Below the pieces are notes generated by a model. The model was not told where the DNA came from. It worked only from the letters and a program-made list of their open reading frames with translations, and ran no database searches. A stretch of DNA of 64,000 bases from a virus. Lineage: Duplodnaviria; Caudoviricetes. Each line of letters starts with the position of its first letter. The stretch's first letter is position 1. The position numbers and the translations under genes were made by a program. The stretch lies in the IMG/VR virus record IMGVR_UViG_2883475777_000001. One strand, 5' to 3'. This document shows, one piece after another, positions 56,200-64,000 of the stretch.

Positions 56200-56694
56200 T
56201 CAACAGTCCGAGGTCTGGGTCAATTCCCAAAACTCCTCGAAGAGCGCAAGCTTCGCTTCCTCCTTACTGTCAAACACCTTTCGTGAAAAGTCGCCATCAA
56301 TGCCGTATCCCCACTTTCCGGGTTGAAACTTATTTGGGAACACGACCAAGTTGAACCCTTCGACGTTCAGGAAGTCATTTCCCTTGGACGAACGACGCCA
56401 CTTTCGAGACAACCACTTGGCCTTTCGCGCCGCCTTGTTTTTCAGGGCGGTTTCGCGTTGTCGTGGGCCAACGTAGTCGTCCGACATTTTCTCAGCACAT
56501 ATGCAACCGACTTCAAGCTGCTCTGTGTATGCCTCGTGCTGCATGACATGGACAAACCGAATTGGCTCGTTGCCGCACATCTCACACGCTGCGTACATTG
56601 TGTCTTCGACGGATTGGCCAGTCGGGCGAAGGTCAATGACGTCTACGCACTGCCATCCTCTATGCGGTACACCTGATTGAGTCCATAAAGTCAT
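56200..56694 (-). CDS. Hypothetical protein with Zn-finger-like CEMC...GCIC
   Basis: ORF 15 bp after the DUF1848 gene. Confidence 0.65.
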   Translation of the reverse strand: MTLWTQSGVPHRGWQCVDVIDLRPTGQSVEDTMYAACEMCGNEPIRFVHVMQHEAYTEQLEVGCICAEKMSDDYVGPRQRETALKNKAARKAKWLSRKWRRSSKGNDFLNVEGFNLVVFPNKFQPGKWGYGIDGDFSRKVFDSKEEAKLALFEEFWELTQTSDC

Positions 56695-56709
56695 GCGCCG
56701 ATCCTCAAC

Positions 56710-57651
56710 TTAGTCGTCCTCGAACAGTCGTCCTTGCGGGTCGACATCTTCAGCATCGGTACTTTGATTATTCTGCGGAAATAGGAATTCGGACATCGGA
56801 TCATGCTCGCGGTAGCGGCGCTGAGCCAGTTCGCGCCGCAGCACGGCATAGCAGTAGACGCAACCGTGCGGACACGTATCGTAATCCCCAATGTCTCGCG
56901 ATGCGAAGCAACCACATTCCTTACGACTTCCTTGTTGTTTCGCAAGAATCTGCTTGCCGCTGATCTCCTCAAGGCGAGCGACATCAATGCAACGCGCATC
57001 CTCGGCACCCGGCACGAGGAAGTCTCTTTGTCCGCAGATTGAAAGTTTCATGCCGTTCGCGTTGGCGACCTCAACCAACTTGGCTGCCAATTCACGTTTC
57101 GATTCCGCTGGCGGATCTTCCCACTCGAACCCCGCTTCTCGCGAGGAGCGATTCATGTTTGCCAAAGTTTTCTTGTAAAGATGTACGAAAGAAATCACCA
57201 CCTCGTCAGTCGTCCCTGCCAACTGCGAGGCGAGTGACGCGAAATTCTCCAGGTGAAATTCAACTGGCGTCACAGTTGAAATGACAATGGTGTCATACCG
57301 CCAAACACAGGTGCGCGGGCCGTATTTTTCCGCCAAGCTGCGGAAGTGTTCGACAGTTCGATTCGCGTCAACAACTGACGACTCGAGAGATCGCGGATAC
57401 GAGTTGATCGTGTGCTGAATAACGAACGGGTAGCCGCGGTCGGCGATTTCACTGAGATGGTCGGCGAATGGACCGATATTCTTTGTCCAGAAGATAAACC
57501 CATCCACATCTTTCGGATCGAGTGAAACGCGAATCGTCTGATTCCGATTCCACGCATTCACCATTTTGCAGTAGCCCGCGCGCAGGCGGTTCATAAACCA
57601 TTCGCCGTAAAATGTTGGGATGTCCGTCTTGTAGCTGGCAGAAATGATCAT
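56710..57651 (-). CDS. DUF1848-family protein (radical-SAM-like CxxxCxxC)
   Basis: MIISASYKTDIP, FWTKN, WRYD, DIGDYDTCPHGCVYCYA. Confidence 0.85.
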   Translation of the reverse strand: MIISASYKTDIPTFYGEWFMNRLRAGYCKMVNAWNRNQTIRVSLDPKDVDGFIFWTKNIGPFADHLSEIADRGYPFVIQHTINSYPRSLESSVVDANRTVEHFRSLAEKYGPRTCVWRYDTIVISTVTPVEFHLENFASLASQLAGTTDEVVISFVHLYKKTLANMNRSSREAGFEWEDPPAESKRELAAKLVEVANANGMKLSICGQRDFLVPGAEDARCIDVARLEEISGKQILAKQQGSRKECGCFASRDIGDYDTCPHGCVYCYAVLRRELAQRRYREHDPMSEFLFPQNNQSTDAEDVDPQGRLFEDD

Positions 57652-57658
57652 GAATGGC

Positions 57659-58498
57659 CTATCCCGGTTTCCTTGCCAAGCGACAGGCAATGTTCGTTTT
57701 CAGCTTCGGCGGACCGAACTTGTCGAGGTACGGCTGCAAGTCCGACTTGTCTTCGTGGTTCGGCATCTGTTCCCATCCCTCGCTTGAATTGACGACCTCG
57801 AGCCCGTGGGCCTTGGCCAGGCCATCAAACCAACCGGTAAACCGACTGTCATTGTTGTCGACATAGAGCAGCAAGGCATTTTCATTCATCTGATCCATCA
57901 TCGTTGCGAAGTACTCCTCGGCCTTGTCGCGGAGCGCGTAGACCTCAGACATGAAGTAGATCAGCGTGAAAAGGTCTGCCGCGAAGTGCTTCTTGAATGT
58001 GCGCCACTTTGCGGGATCGGTTACGTCAAACGGAAAGAAGACCGTGGAAATACGAAAAGACGGTCCGAGTTTGTCGTCGACGTCGCTCCAAGACTCGCCC
58101 CATGCAGGATCGCGGTCAAGAATCTGACACTTCAGCTCTGGACGCTTTTCCATTCGAAGGCAGTACTTCAGAACTCCAAGGAAGTCGCTGCCTGGACCGC
58201 CGCCGACACATGAGATGGTTACCTTGTCACGGTCGAACAGCTCTTTGAGCCTTCGCGAACTTGACAGCCGCTCATAAACGACGTTCGCGTGGGACGTGGT
58301 GTACCTAAAGATGTAGGCAAACCGTCGGGCGGGATCGCTGTAGTCAAGGCAACCTTTTTCGAGGAGATTCTTGTAGCCAGCCGACAGCTGCCGCAGCGCC
58401 TCCGAGATCGCCGCGTCTTTGGCTGTGGTGTCGCCCGGAATGGCAGCGTAGGCCTCGTCCAAAACGGTCTTGATAAGTTGGAAGCAATTCATCGCCAC
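57659..58498 (-). CDS. Putative SAM-dependent methyltransferase
   Basis: ISCVGGGPGSD glycine loop, ILDRD, FDVTD. Confidence 0.65.
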   Translation of the reverse strand: MAMNCFQLIKTVLDEAYAAIPGDTTAKDAAISEALRQLSAGYKNLLEKGCLDYSDPARRFAYIFRYTTSHANVVYERLSSSRRLKELFDRDKVTISCVGGGPGSDFLGVLKYCLRMEKRPELKCQILDRDPAWGESWSDVDDKLGPSFRISTVFFPFDVTDPAKWRTFKKHFAADLFTLIYFMSEVYALRDKAEEYFATMMDQMNENALLLYVDNNDSRFTGWFDGLAKAHGLEVVNSSEGWEQMPNHEDKSDLQPYLDKFGPPKLKTNIACRLARKPG

Positions 58499-58602
58499 TC
58501 CGGCATGCTGGTGCGAACACGATCACTAAACAGTAAACAGCCCCTAGATGTTAACTGTTGGGTACGATTAGCACAAGCAGCAAACCACATATCGGCATTG
58601 CG

Positions 58603-59025
58603 TCATGTCGCAATACCTTTTAGCGAAGCGAGTTGCGCCCACAGGCGTCGCTGCTTTCGCCAGTCCGGCACCAGCGCAATTGACTGCAATTGGCGGAGGT
58701 GAATCGGGTCGCGGCCGCTCTCCACACGGGGCAGGAAGAGGAGCGCCTCCTGGATGTCAGGGGCCAGCATCCGCAGGTTCATGATCTGCGTGATTCGGGC
58801 GCGAGTGACGTGGGCGAGACGAGCTAGTTCGGCGTAGTCGGTGACTTCGCCGGCGCGGATCAGATCGTCGAAACGGATCGCCAGCGCCATGAAACGGGCC
58901 ACACGCGGAACACGACCGGAATGGAGAGGCGGCGTGGGAGCGTCGCCTTCGCGGACTTCCTTGCGGCTACCACGCCCGCGTCGCTCGAAATGGATCTGTG
59001 ATTCGATCGTGATGGGCCTGGTCAT
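58603..59025 (-). CDS. HTH protein of serine-recombinase module
   Basis: DYAELARLAHVTRARITQIMNL...LAPDIQEALL; ATGA coupling. Confidence 0.75.
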   Translation of the reverse strand: MTRPITIESQIHFERRGRGSRKEVREGDAPTPPLHSGRVPRVARFMALAIRFDDLIRAGEVTDYAELARLAHVTRARITQIMNLRMLAPDIQEALLFLPRVESGRDPIHLRQLQSIALVPDWRKQRRLWAQLASLKGIAT

Positions 59026-60611
59026 GCGGCGTCCTCCGTATCGCGCCCAGCGAGTTCGTCGGCCAGGGTCTTGATTCCGCTCGGATGAAACGTAATCGTG
59101 ACCTTGCCCGTGGTGCCGTCGTAGTCGACCCGTTCGACGAGTAGTTGAACGATGCGAGTCTGTTCGCGCGGCGTGAGCGACTCCCAAACCGGATCGAACA
59201 CGGCCATCGCCTTAGCGACCTCGCGCTCGTCGACGATGTCGCGGCTTAGTGCGATGACCTGCTCCCGAACCTCGGTCGCCCGTCGTTCCGCGCCGCGAAT
59301 CCGTTCCTGCAGGTCGGCAAGCCGAGCGGTCGCCGGTGTGTTGCCTTCACCGGGAACGATCTGTTCGAGTAGCTTGCGGATCTCGTCGCTCCAGCGCGAC
59401 AGTTCGCGTTCCAGGCCACGGCGTTCGGCTTCGAGCGCCGCGACCTGTGACTGGCCCTGATTCCGGGCGTTGGCAACGGTCTCGTGAAGGAGAGCTGGAT
59501 CGAGGCCAATGCATTTGATCTGCTCGACGACGAACCGCTCGATTTCACCCGCCGGGATAGATTTGGAGGGGCATGAATGCCAGCCACGTTTTTGAGCGGA
59601 AGTGCAAACATAGTAGCGATAGCGTTTCGTTCCGTTCTTGGTCGAGTGGCTCGGCGACATCGCGCAGCCGCAGGGGACGCATCGCAGAATGCCTTTGAGC
59701 AACGCTCCGAACTTGTTTCGCACGGCGGCTCCGCCAGAACGACCGTTGCGTCCGAGAACCAACTGCACGCGTTGCCAGAGATCGCCGCTGACGATCGCGG
59801 CATGCTCGCCTTCGTGGACTTCGTCCTTGTACTTGAGCTTGCCGGTGTAGGTGATATTGGTGAGCAGTTTATGCAGGCTCGTCTTGGTGAAGGTCTTGCC
59901 GCCGCGTTCGTGTCCCTTGCGTGTCATCCATAGCTTGTTGACCCAGCCCCGCTTTTCGAGTTCCTGAACCGTTGCGATCAGCGATTGGTGTTCGAGGTAC
60001 AGTTCGTATATCGTCCGCACGCGAGACGCTTCCTCCTCGTTTACGATGAGCTTCGAGCCGCGAGGGTCGACGTCGTAGCCGAGCAGCGGCATGCCGCCCG
60101 ACCACTTTCCTTTGCGGCGAGCGGCGGCGATCTTGTCCCGTGTCCGTTCGGAAATGATCTCCCGTTCGAACTGGGCGAAAGACAATAACACGTTGAGCAT
60201 CAATCGTCCCATCGATGTGGACGTGTTGATGAGTTGCGTTACGCTGACGAACGATACCTGGTGCTTGTCGAACGTCTCGACCATCTTTGCGAAGTCGAGG
60301 AGGGAACGGCTGAGGCGGTCGACCTTGTAAACCACGACGCAGTCGATCTTGCCCGCCTCGATATCCGCCAGCAGGCGTTTCAGCGCCGGACGTTCCATAT
60401 TGCCGCCGGAGAACCCGCCGTCGTCGTATTGGTCAGGAAGGCACTCCCAACCTTCGCTCGCCTGCGACTTGATGTAGTTCTCGCCCGACTCGCGTTGGGC
60501 ATCGAGCGAGTTAAATTCCTGCTCCAACCCCTCTTCCGTTGATTTGCGCGTGTAGATGGCGCAGCGGAGAGCTGCAGTCGGCGGGGATGTTTTGCGAGTT
60601 CGATTTGTCAT
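59022..60611 (-). CDS. Large serine recombinase (second)
   Basis: CAIYTRKSTEEG, VYKVDRLSRSL, RYRYYVC...C Zn-ribbon. Confidence 0.93.
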   Translation of the reverse strand: MTNRTRKTSPPTAALRCAIYTRKSTEEGLEQEFNSLDAQRESGENYIKSQASEGWECLPDQYDDGGFSGGNMERPALKRLLADIEAGKIDCVVVYKVDRLSRSLLDFAKMVETFDKHQVSFVSVTQLINTSTSMGRLMLNVLLSFAQFEREIISERTRDKIAAARRKGKWSGGMPLLGYDVDPRGSKLIVNEEEASRVRTIYELYLEHQSLIATVQELEKRGWVNKLWMTRKGHERGGKTFTKTSLHKLLTNITYTGKLKYKDEVHEGEHAAIVSGDLWQRVQLVLGRNGRSGGAAVRNKFGALLKGILRCVPCGCAMSPSHSTKNGTKRYRYYVCTSAQKRGWHSCPSKSIPAGEIERFVVEQIKCIGLDPALLHETVANARNQGQSQVAALEAERRGLERELSRWSDEIRKLLEQIVPGEGNTPATARLADLQERIRGAERRATEVREQVIALSRDIVDEREVAKAMAVFDPVWESLTPREQTRIVQLLVERVDYDGTTGKVTITFHPSGIKTLADELAGRDTEDAA

Positions 60612-61102
60612 TTGGCCTGCTCCTTTCGAAGTCGGAAGAAGTGGTAGCCATTGCAGTGCTGGCCCGTGATCGCCCTGGCGACCGCGCTGAGCGACTTGTA
60701 GACCTCGCCCTCGAACTCGAATCCCTTCGGCAGAACCTTGACCTGGAGCGTTTGCCCCTTGTACTCGCGGGTGATAGTTGTGCCGGGAGGCGGCAATCGA
60801 TCGTCACCCGTTGTCACCACTGTCGACTTCGTGCGTGACGGGGGCGCTGACGACGCCGGCGTGGCCTTGGGGGGTGACAACCGAACGTCGGCGTCGTTGG
60901 CCAACTCAGCGGCACGTTGGCGGGCACGTTGCGAAATGTCGCCCTCGGCCAGCGATTGCAACCGCCAGGCGATTCGCTTGATGAGCCAGGCCTTGTTGCC
61001 GGCCCGCGTTTCCTCGCCGAACACTTCGGCGTATCGCCGCCGTAGTTCACGGACAGTCATCCGCTGAAGCGAGGCTACTTCTTTTGCAATGTTGAGTTTC
61101 AT
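60608..61102 (-). CDS. DUF2924-family protein
   Basis: ELRRRY...LIKRIAWRLQ...PGTTITREYKG...SLSAVARAITG. Confidence 0.85.
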   Translation of the reverse strand: MKLNIAKEVASLQRMTVRELRRRYAEVFGEETRAGNKAWLIKRIAWRLQSLAEGDISQRARQRAAELANDADVRLSPPKATPASSAPPSRTKSTVVTTGDDRLPPPGTTITREYKGQTLQVKVLPKGFEFEGEVYKSLSAVARAITGQHCNGYHFFRLRKEQAK

Positions 61103-61134
61103 GCATCTCTCCTTTTCTCGGGGTCTCGAAACCG

Positions 61135-61344
61135 TTAACCGTTGTGGACACTGAGCACGGTTTCGTCCGAAACCTCAAGGCATGAAGAGGCAGATTCCGC
61201 TTGGTTTTCTGAAGGGCCGCGAGTAGCTGTCGCGGTTGCCAATAGCGCACGAGCGGAGAGGCGTAGAACGCCCGCGGCCAGGATGCTGGCCACTTCGGCC
61301 CGACGCTCGTCGGCCGTTAGAAAGGAGTCGTCGCTTGGTCGCAT
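61135..61344 (-). CDS. Small hypothetical protein heading the recombinase operon
   Basis: LTADERRAEVASILAAGVLRL. Confidence 0.6.
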   Translation of the reverse strand: MRPSDDSFLTADERRAEVASILAAGVLRLSARALLATATATRGPSENQAESASSCLEVSDETVLSVHNG

Positions 61345-61508
61345 GGGTCATCTCCCGTCGGAGTTACCCACAACGACCTTCGCTTGGCGACCGGCGCGTT
61401 GTCTGGGAGAACAGATTGGTTAACAGGCTCTATCTGTTAACCTACCCCACTGGTCCGTCTATTGACGAAGTTGGCCAAGCGAGATCACGCGAACCGGTTG
61501 TCCGCACG

Positions 61509-62684
61509 CTACACGATGGCTGCTTTGGTCACTTCTTTTTCAGCAAACTCTGATGCCATTAAGTAGAGAAACTGTTTGGGCTGATCGTTCAAAAAGGCTT
61601 CAATAAAGGGGCCGAAGTTGTCAGCCAAGATGCGGTCGAAGTGATGGGGCCGATACCGAACGATCGAGCCGAGATAGTACGTAATGGCATAGATCGAAAG
61701 GATTTGTGGCAGCACCTGGGGATGTTCCGCGGGTGGTGCGGCGTACAGGTAATGCTTTCGATACGGTGGTGTACTAAGAACGGTGCGCCACAGAAGGTGC
61801 CGAACTGCTGCGACCAAGTTCGGTACTTCGTCGGACGGACGGTGCCCGTAAGTGACGGGGTTGAGTTGCTCAAGGCAAACTAAGGATCGATCGGAAATTG
61901 TCTCGTTGTAAGCGACTTCCCGAAATAAACCGCCTATTCGGGAGCGATTCAGCAAGTCCTGATGCGTAATTCCGACGCGTCGGAGGTCATCGGCAAATAC
62001 GAATAGCCTGAGCCAAATGTGTTTCGGTCCCGGTTCTTGGTAGAACTCAATCTTTTCAACAGAAACGAATCGTTCGGAATCGTCACCACGCGTCCCTTCA
62101 ACCCAAAGCCGATGGCCCGGAACGATCTGAGGCAACAAAACCGGCAGATCATATCGATGGGGATTTGCGGGCACGGCATTGCCGCTGATCGCCAATAGGA
62201 GTTCGTCGAAGTTATTCAAGTTGTTGCCGGCGGGTGGCAGCGGTCCCGCTGGTGCAGTTTGGAACGCATTGAGGTATGCATTGACGAGTTCTCTATCGTT
62301 CGGCGGCGGGTCGAGCCTCTCAGCCAATCCATGTTGTGCGTTGTTCACATCATGGCGTTGTTGACACGTCAGGACGAATGCTTTGGCAAGGTTCATGAAG
62401 CAATAATACAATAGCAGCGGCTTTGCAGCTTTGACGCCAGATTCAGAGGCTCTATAGAAGTCCTCGCCCTGTTCGAGCAGGGCAAGTGCGGCATTCCTGT
62501 GTGCAGCGATGCACCTGCGTTCCGCCGATCGTCGGATTACGGTCCACGCATCCGTTGCAAATACTCGCGTGCCGAGACCGTAGCGGCGCGTGGTTCGTTC
62601 CATCGGCCAAAACGAAAACTCAAGCGGACGCTCTTTGATTCGCAGCACTCGTCCTGCGCGTGGCTGGGGTAGCGGCATAAGCAA
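61509..62684 (-). CDS. YaaC-like protein
   Basis: KPLLLYYCFMNLAKA, QHGL, YYLGSIVRYRP. Confidence 0.7.
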   Translation of the reverse strand: MLMPLPQPRAGRVLRIKERPLEFSFWPMERTTRRYGLGTRVFATDAWTVIRRSAERRCIAAHRNAALALLEQGEDFYRASESGVKAAKPLLLYYCFMNLAKAFVLTCQQRHDVNNAQHGLAERLDPPPNDRELVNAYLNAFQTAPAGPLPPAGNNLNNFDELLLAISGNAVPANPHRYDLPVLLPQIVPGHRLWVEGTRGDDSERFVSVEKIEFYQEPGPKHIWLRLFVFADDLRRVGITHQDLLNRSRIGGLFREVAYNETISDRSLVCLEQLNPVTYGHRPSDEVPNLVAAVRHLLWRTVLSTPPYRKHYLYAAPPAEHPQVLPQILSIYAITYYLGSIVRYRPHHFDRILADNFGPFIEAFLNDQPKQFLYLMASEFAEKEVTKAAIV

Positions 62685-62782
62685 AGTCCTGGAACTAATT
62701 GTCGGTATAGTCTAACGCCTGCATTAGTATGCTGTCTTCCGTCCCGCTTCTGAGCCGTCGAAACCGGCCTGTCAACATACAG

Positions 62783-64000
62783 TCAAGGCATCGGCGGCCC
62801 ATCAAGGCGGGTTCGTAGCATGGCGTGGTTCCGCTCCGTCATGACATCGAAGCGGTAAGCCAAATGCCCTGCAAACAGCATCGGATCATCCTTGCTTACT
62901 CCAACGAGCATTCGCAGCTCCCGCAAGTCAAGAACATGCAGCATCGCACCTGATTGCTTCGAAGCATCGATGAGTTGCTTCCCAATGCCTTCCCAATCCA
63001 AGCCGGGCAGCATTTCCGACACCATCACGACTCCTTGGTGGACGTTCCCAACCGTCGATGGCAGTTCGATCGCGACACCGTCCTTCGTAACAAGCGGGAG
63101 TCCCCGCCCCAGATTCCGCATCGCACCAACAAGCTGGTCGATTCCTTTATCAATCTGCTTTTGAACGCTCTTCTCGCGCCGTTCAGTTGAGCGATCCAGG
63201 CTGGTGGTGAGCATTGCCGCCACCTTTGATTCAAACAAACACATACCGGCGTCGCAATGTGTCAGAATGTCGGTCAGTTCGCGCAGCTTGCTGGCTTCAC
63301 ACACATGGGGCGAATGAATGATGCGCCCTTCAAACAAGTTCTCTAGCAGATGCCACGTTGACTGCTCCAAGCCTCCGCCTTCATCTGGGTCGTCGAGCCG
63401 AAAATCGAGCACATCCGTCATTCCAATTGTCGTCGAGGCTTGGGTCTCGAATCCGGACAGCGTCAACGGAATCGTGACAAACGTCGGCGCGTACTTCGCG
63501 GGCACAGCCAACTGAGGGTCGCCGAAACCCTGAACTTCGTCGAGGACGTCTGAAAGCAGAGGAATCCAGGGCCCCGCGTACCGCGAACCTGGTGCATCGA
63601 TCATTGCGGAAGCCTCATTGCGTTCCGCCGCAGTGAAGTCGCACTCGGCACGGGCGACGGGTCGGCTCAACTCATCGAAGAATATCACGAGCGTCTTTCC
63701 CGTCCGCAGAATGTTCTCGATTGCCAGTTGCTCCTCCTCGTGCCGGAGCACGCCGGATAGCATGAGTGGCGCGGCGGGGTCGTCTGCCACCTTTAACGTC
63801 GTCGCCAGCACCACGCCTTTCGGCGTTTCAGCCCTCGCGACGGTGAGCGACACCGGGCACGACCGATACGCCGCCTTGATCGTCGAAGCCGCCATCTTTG
63901 TGACTAGCGCGTATTCATCGCCTCCATTGATCGGCAACGGCCAGCAACCCGCTGACTCGTACTTCATCTCCTCCCAATTGCGCGACGACGGCATGAACAT
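62783..64000 (-). CDS. Hypothetical protein, possible PD-(D/E)xK nuclease; may extend past the right edge
   Basis: ELTDIL...MCLFESK; ATG is at the window edge. Confidence 0.55.
   Translation of the reverse strand: MFMPSSRNWEEMKYESAGCWPLPINGGDEYALVTKMAASTIKAAYRSCPVSLTVARAETPKGVVLATTLKVADDPAAPLMLSGVLRHEEEQLAIENILRTGKTLVIFFDELSRPVARAECDFTAAERNEASAMIDAPGSRYAGPWIPLLSDVLDEVQGFGDPQLAVPAKYAPTFVTIPLTLSGFETQASTTIGMTDVLDFRLDDPDEGGGLEQSTWHLLENLFEGRIIHSPHVCEASKLRELTDILTHCDAGMCLFESKVAAMLTTSLDRSTERREKSVQKQIDKGIDQLVGAMRNLGRGLPLVTKDGVAIELPSTVGNVHQGVVMVSEMLPGLDWEGIGKQLIDASKQSGAMLHVLDLRELRMLVGVSKDDPMLFAGHLAYRFDVMTERNHAMLRTRLDGPPMP

Noticed and set aside
58597-58614. ATTGCG-N6-CGCAAT as an att arm of the second recombinase
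   Set aside because: Only 6 bp and no partner site found in the window.
1-64000. tRNA, rRNA or IS transposase genes
   Set aside because: None recognised; a covariance-model search was not possible.

Overview
GC-rich, Planctomycete-like window (host assignment is inference from gene style). It is dominated by a leftward, lambda-packaging-type long-tailed prophage (about 2.9-50 kb) with these modules: ECF sigma; replication (AAA_24, DUF669, RusA, helicase, primase-polymerase); ParB-methylase; TerS/TerL; gpW; portal; protease-capsid fusion; tail genes with a -1 frameshift chaperone; tape measure; and a poly-serine protein followed by four glycosyltransferases and an FkbM methylase. Three results stand out. 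(1) The portal gene is split in frame by a 10.4-kb serine-recombinase element (16942-27388, TTGAA core, 13-bp inverted arms). That element carries its own capsid gene, helicase, sigma factor and a near-copy of the prophage's putative cos signal, but no portal, terminase or tail. It looks like a satellite whose excision restores the helper's portal. (2) A MerR-controlled metal cassette encodes a predicted lipoprotein with three in-frame UGA codons (UxxU in an HMA-like domain, UxxC in a redoxin-like domain), each followed by a SECIS-like hairpin; the ORF track splits it into pieces. (3) The poly-Ser tail-region protein plus glycosyltransferase cluster suggests virion glycosylation. The right end holds XRE/ImmA, a type I R-M system, DUF1848 plus a methyltransferase, a second serine-recombinase module and YaaC-like/nuclease-like genes. 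Family names come from motif recognition, not database searches.
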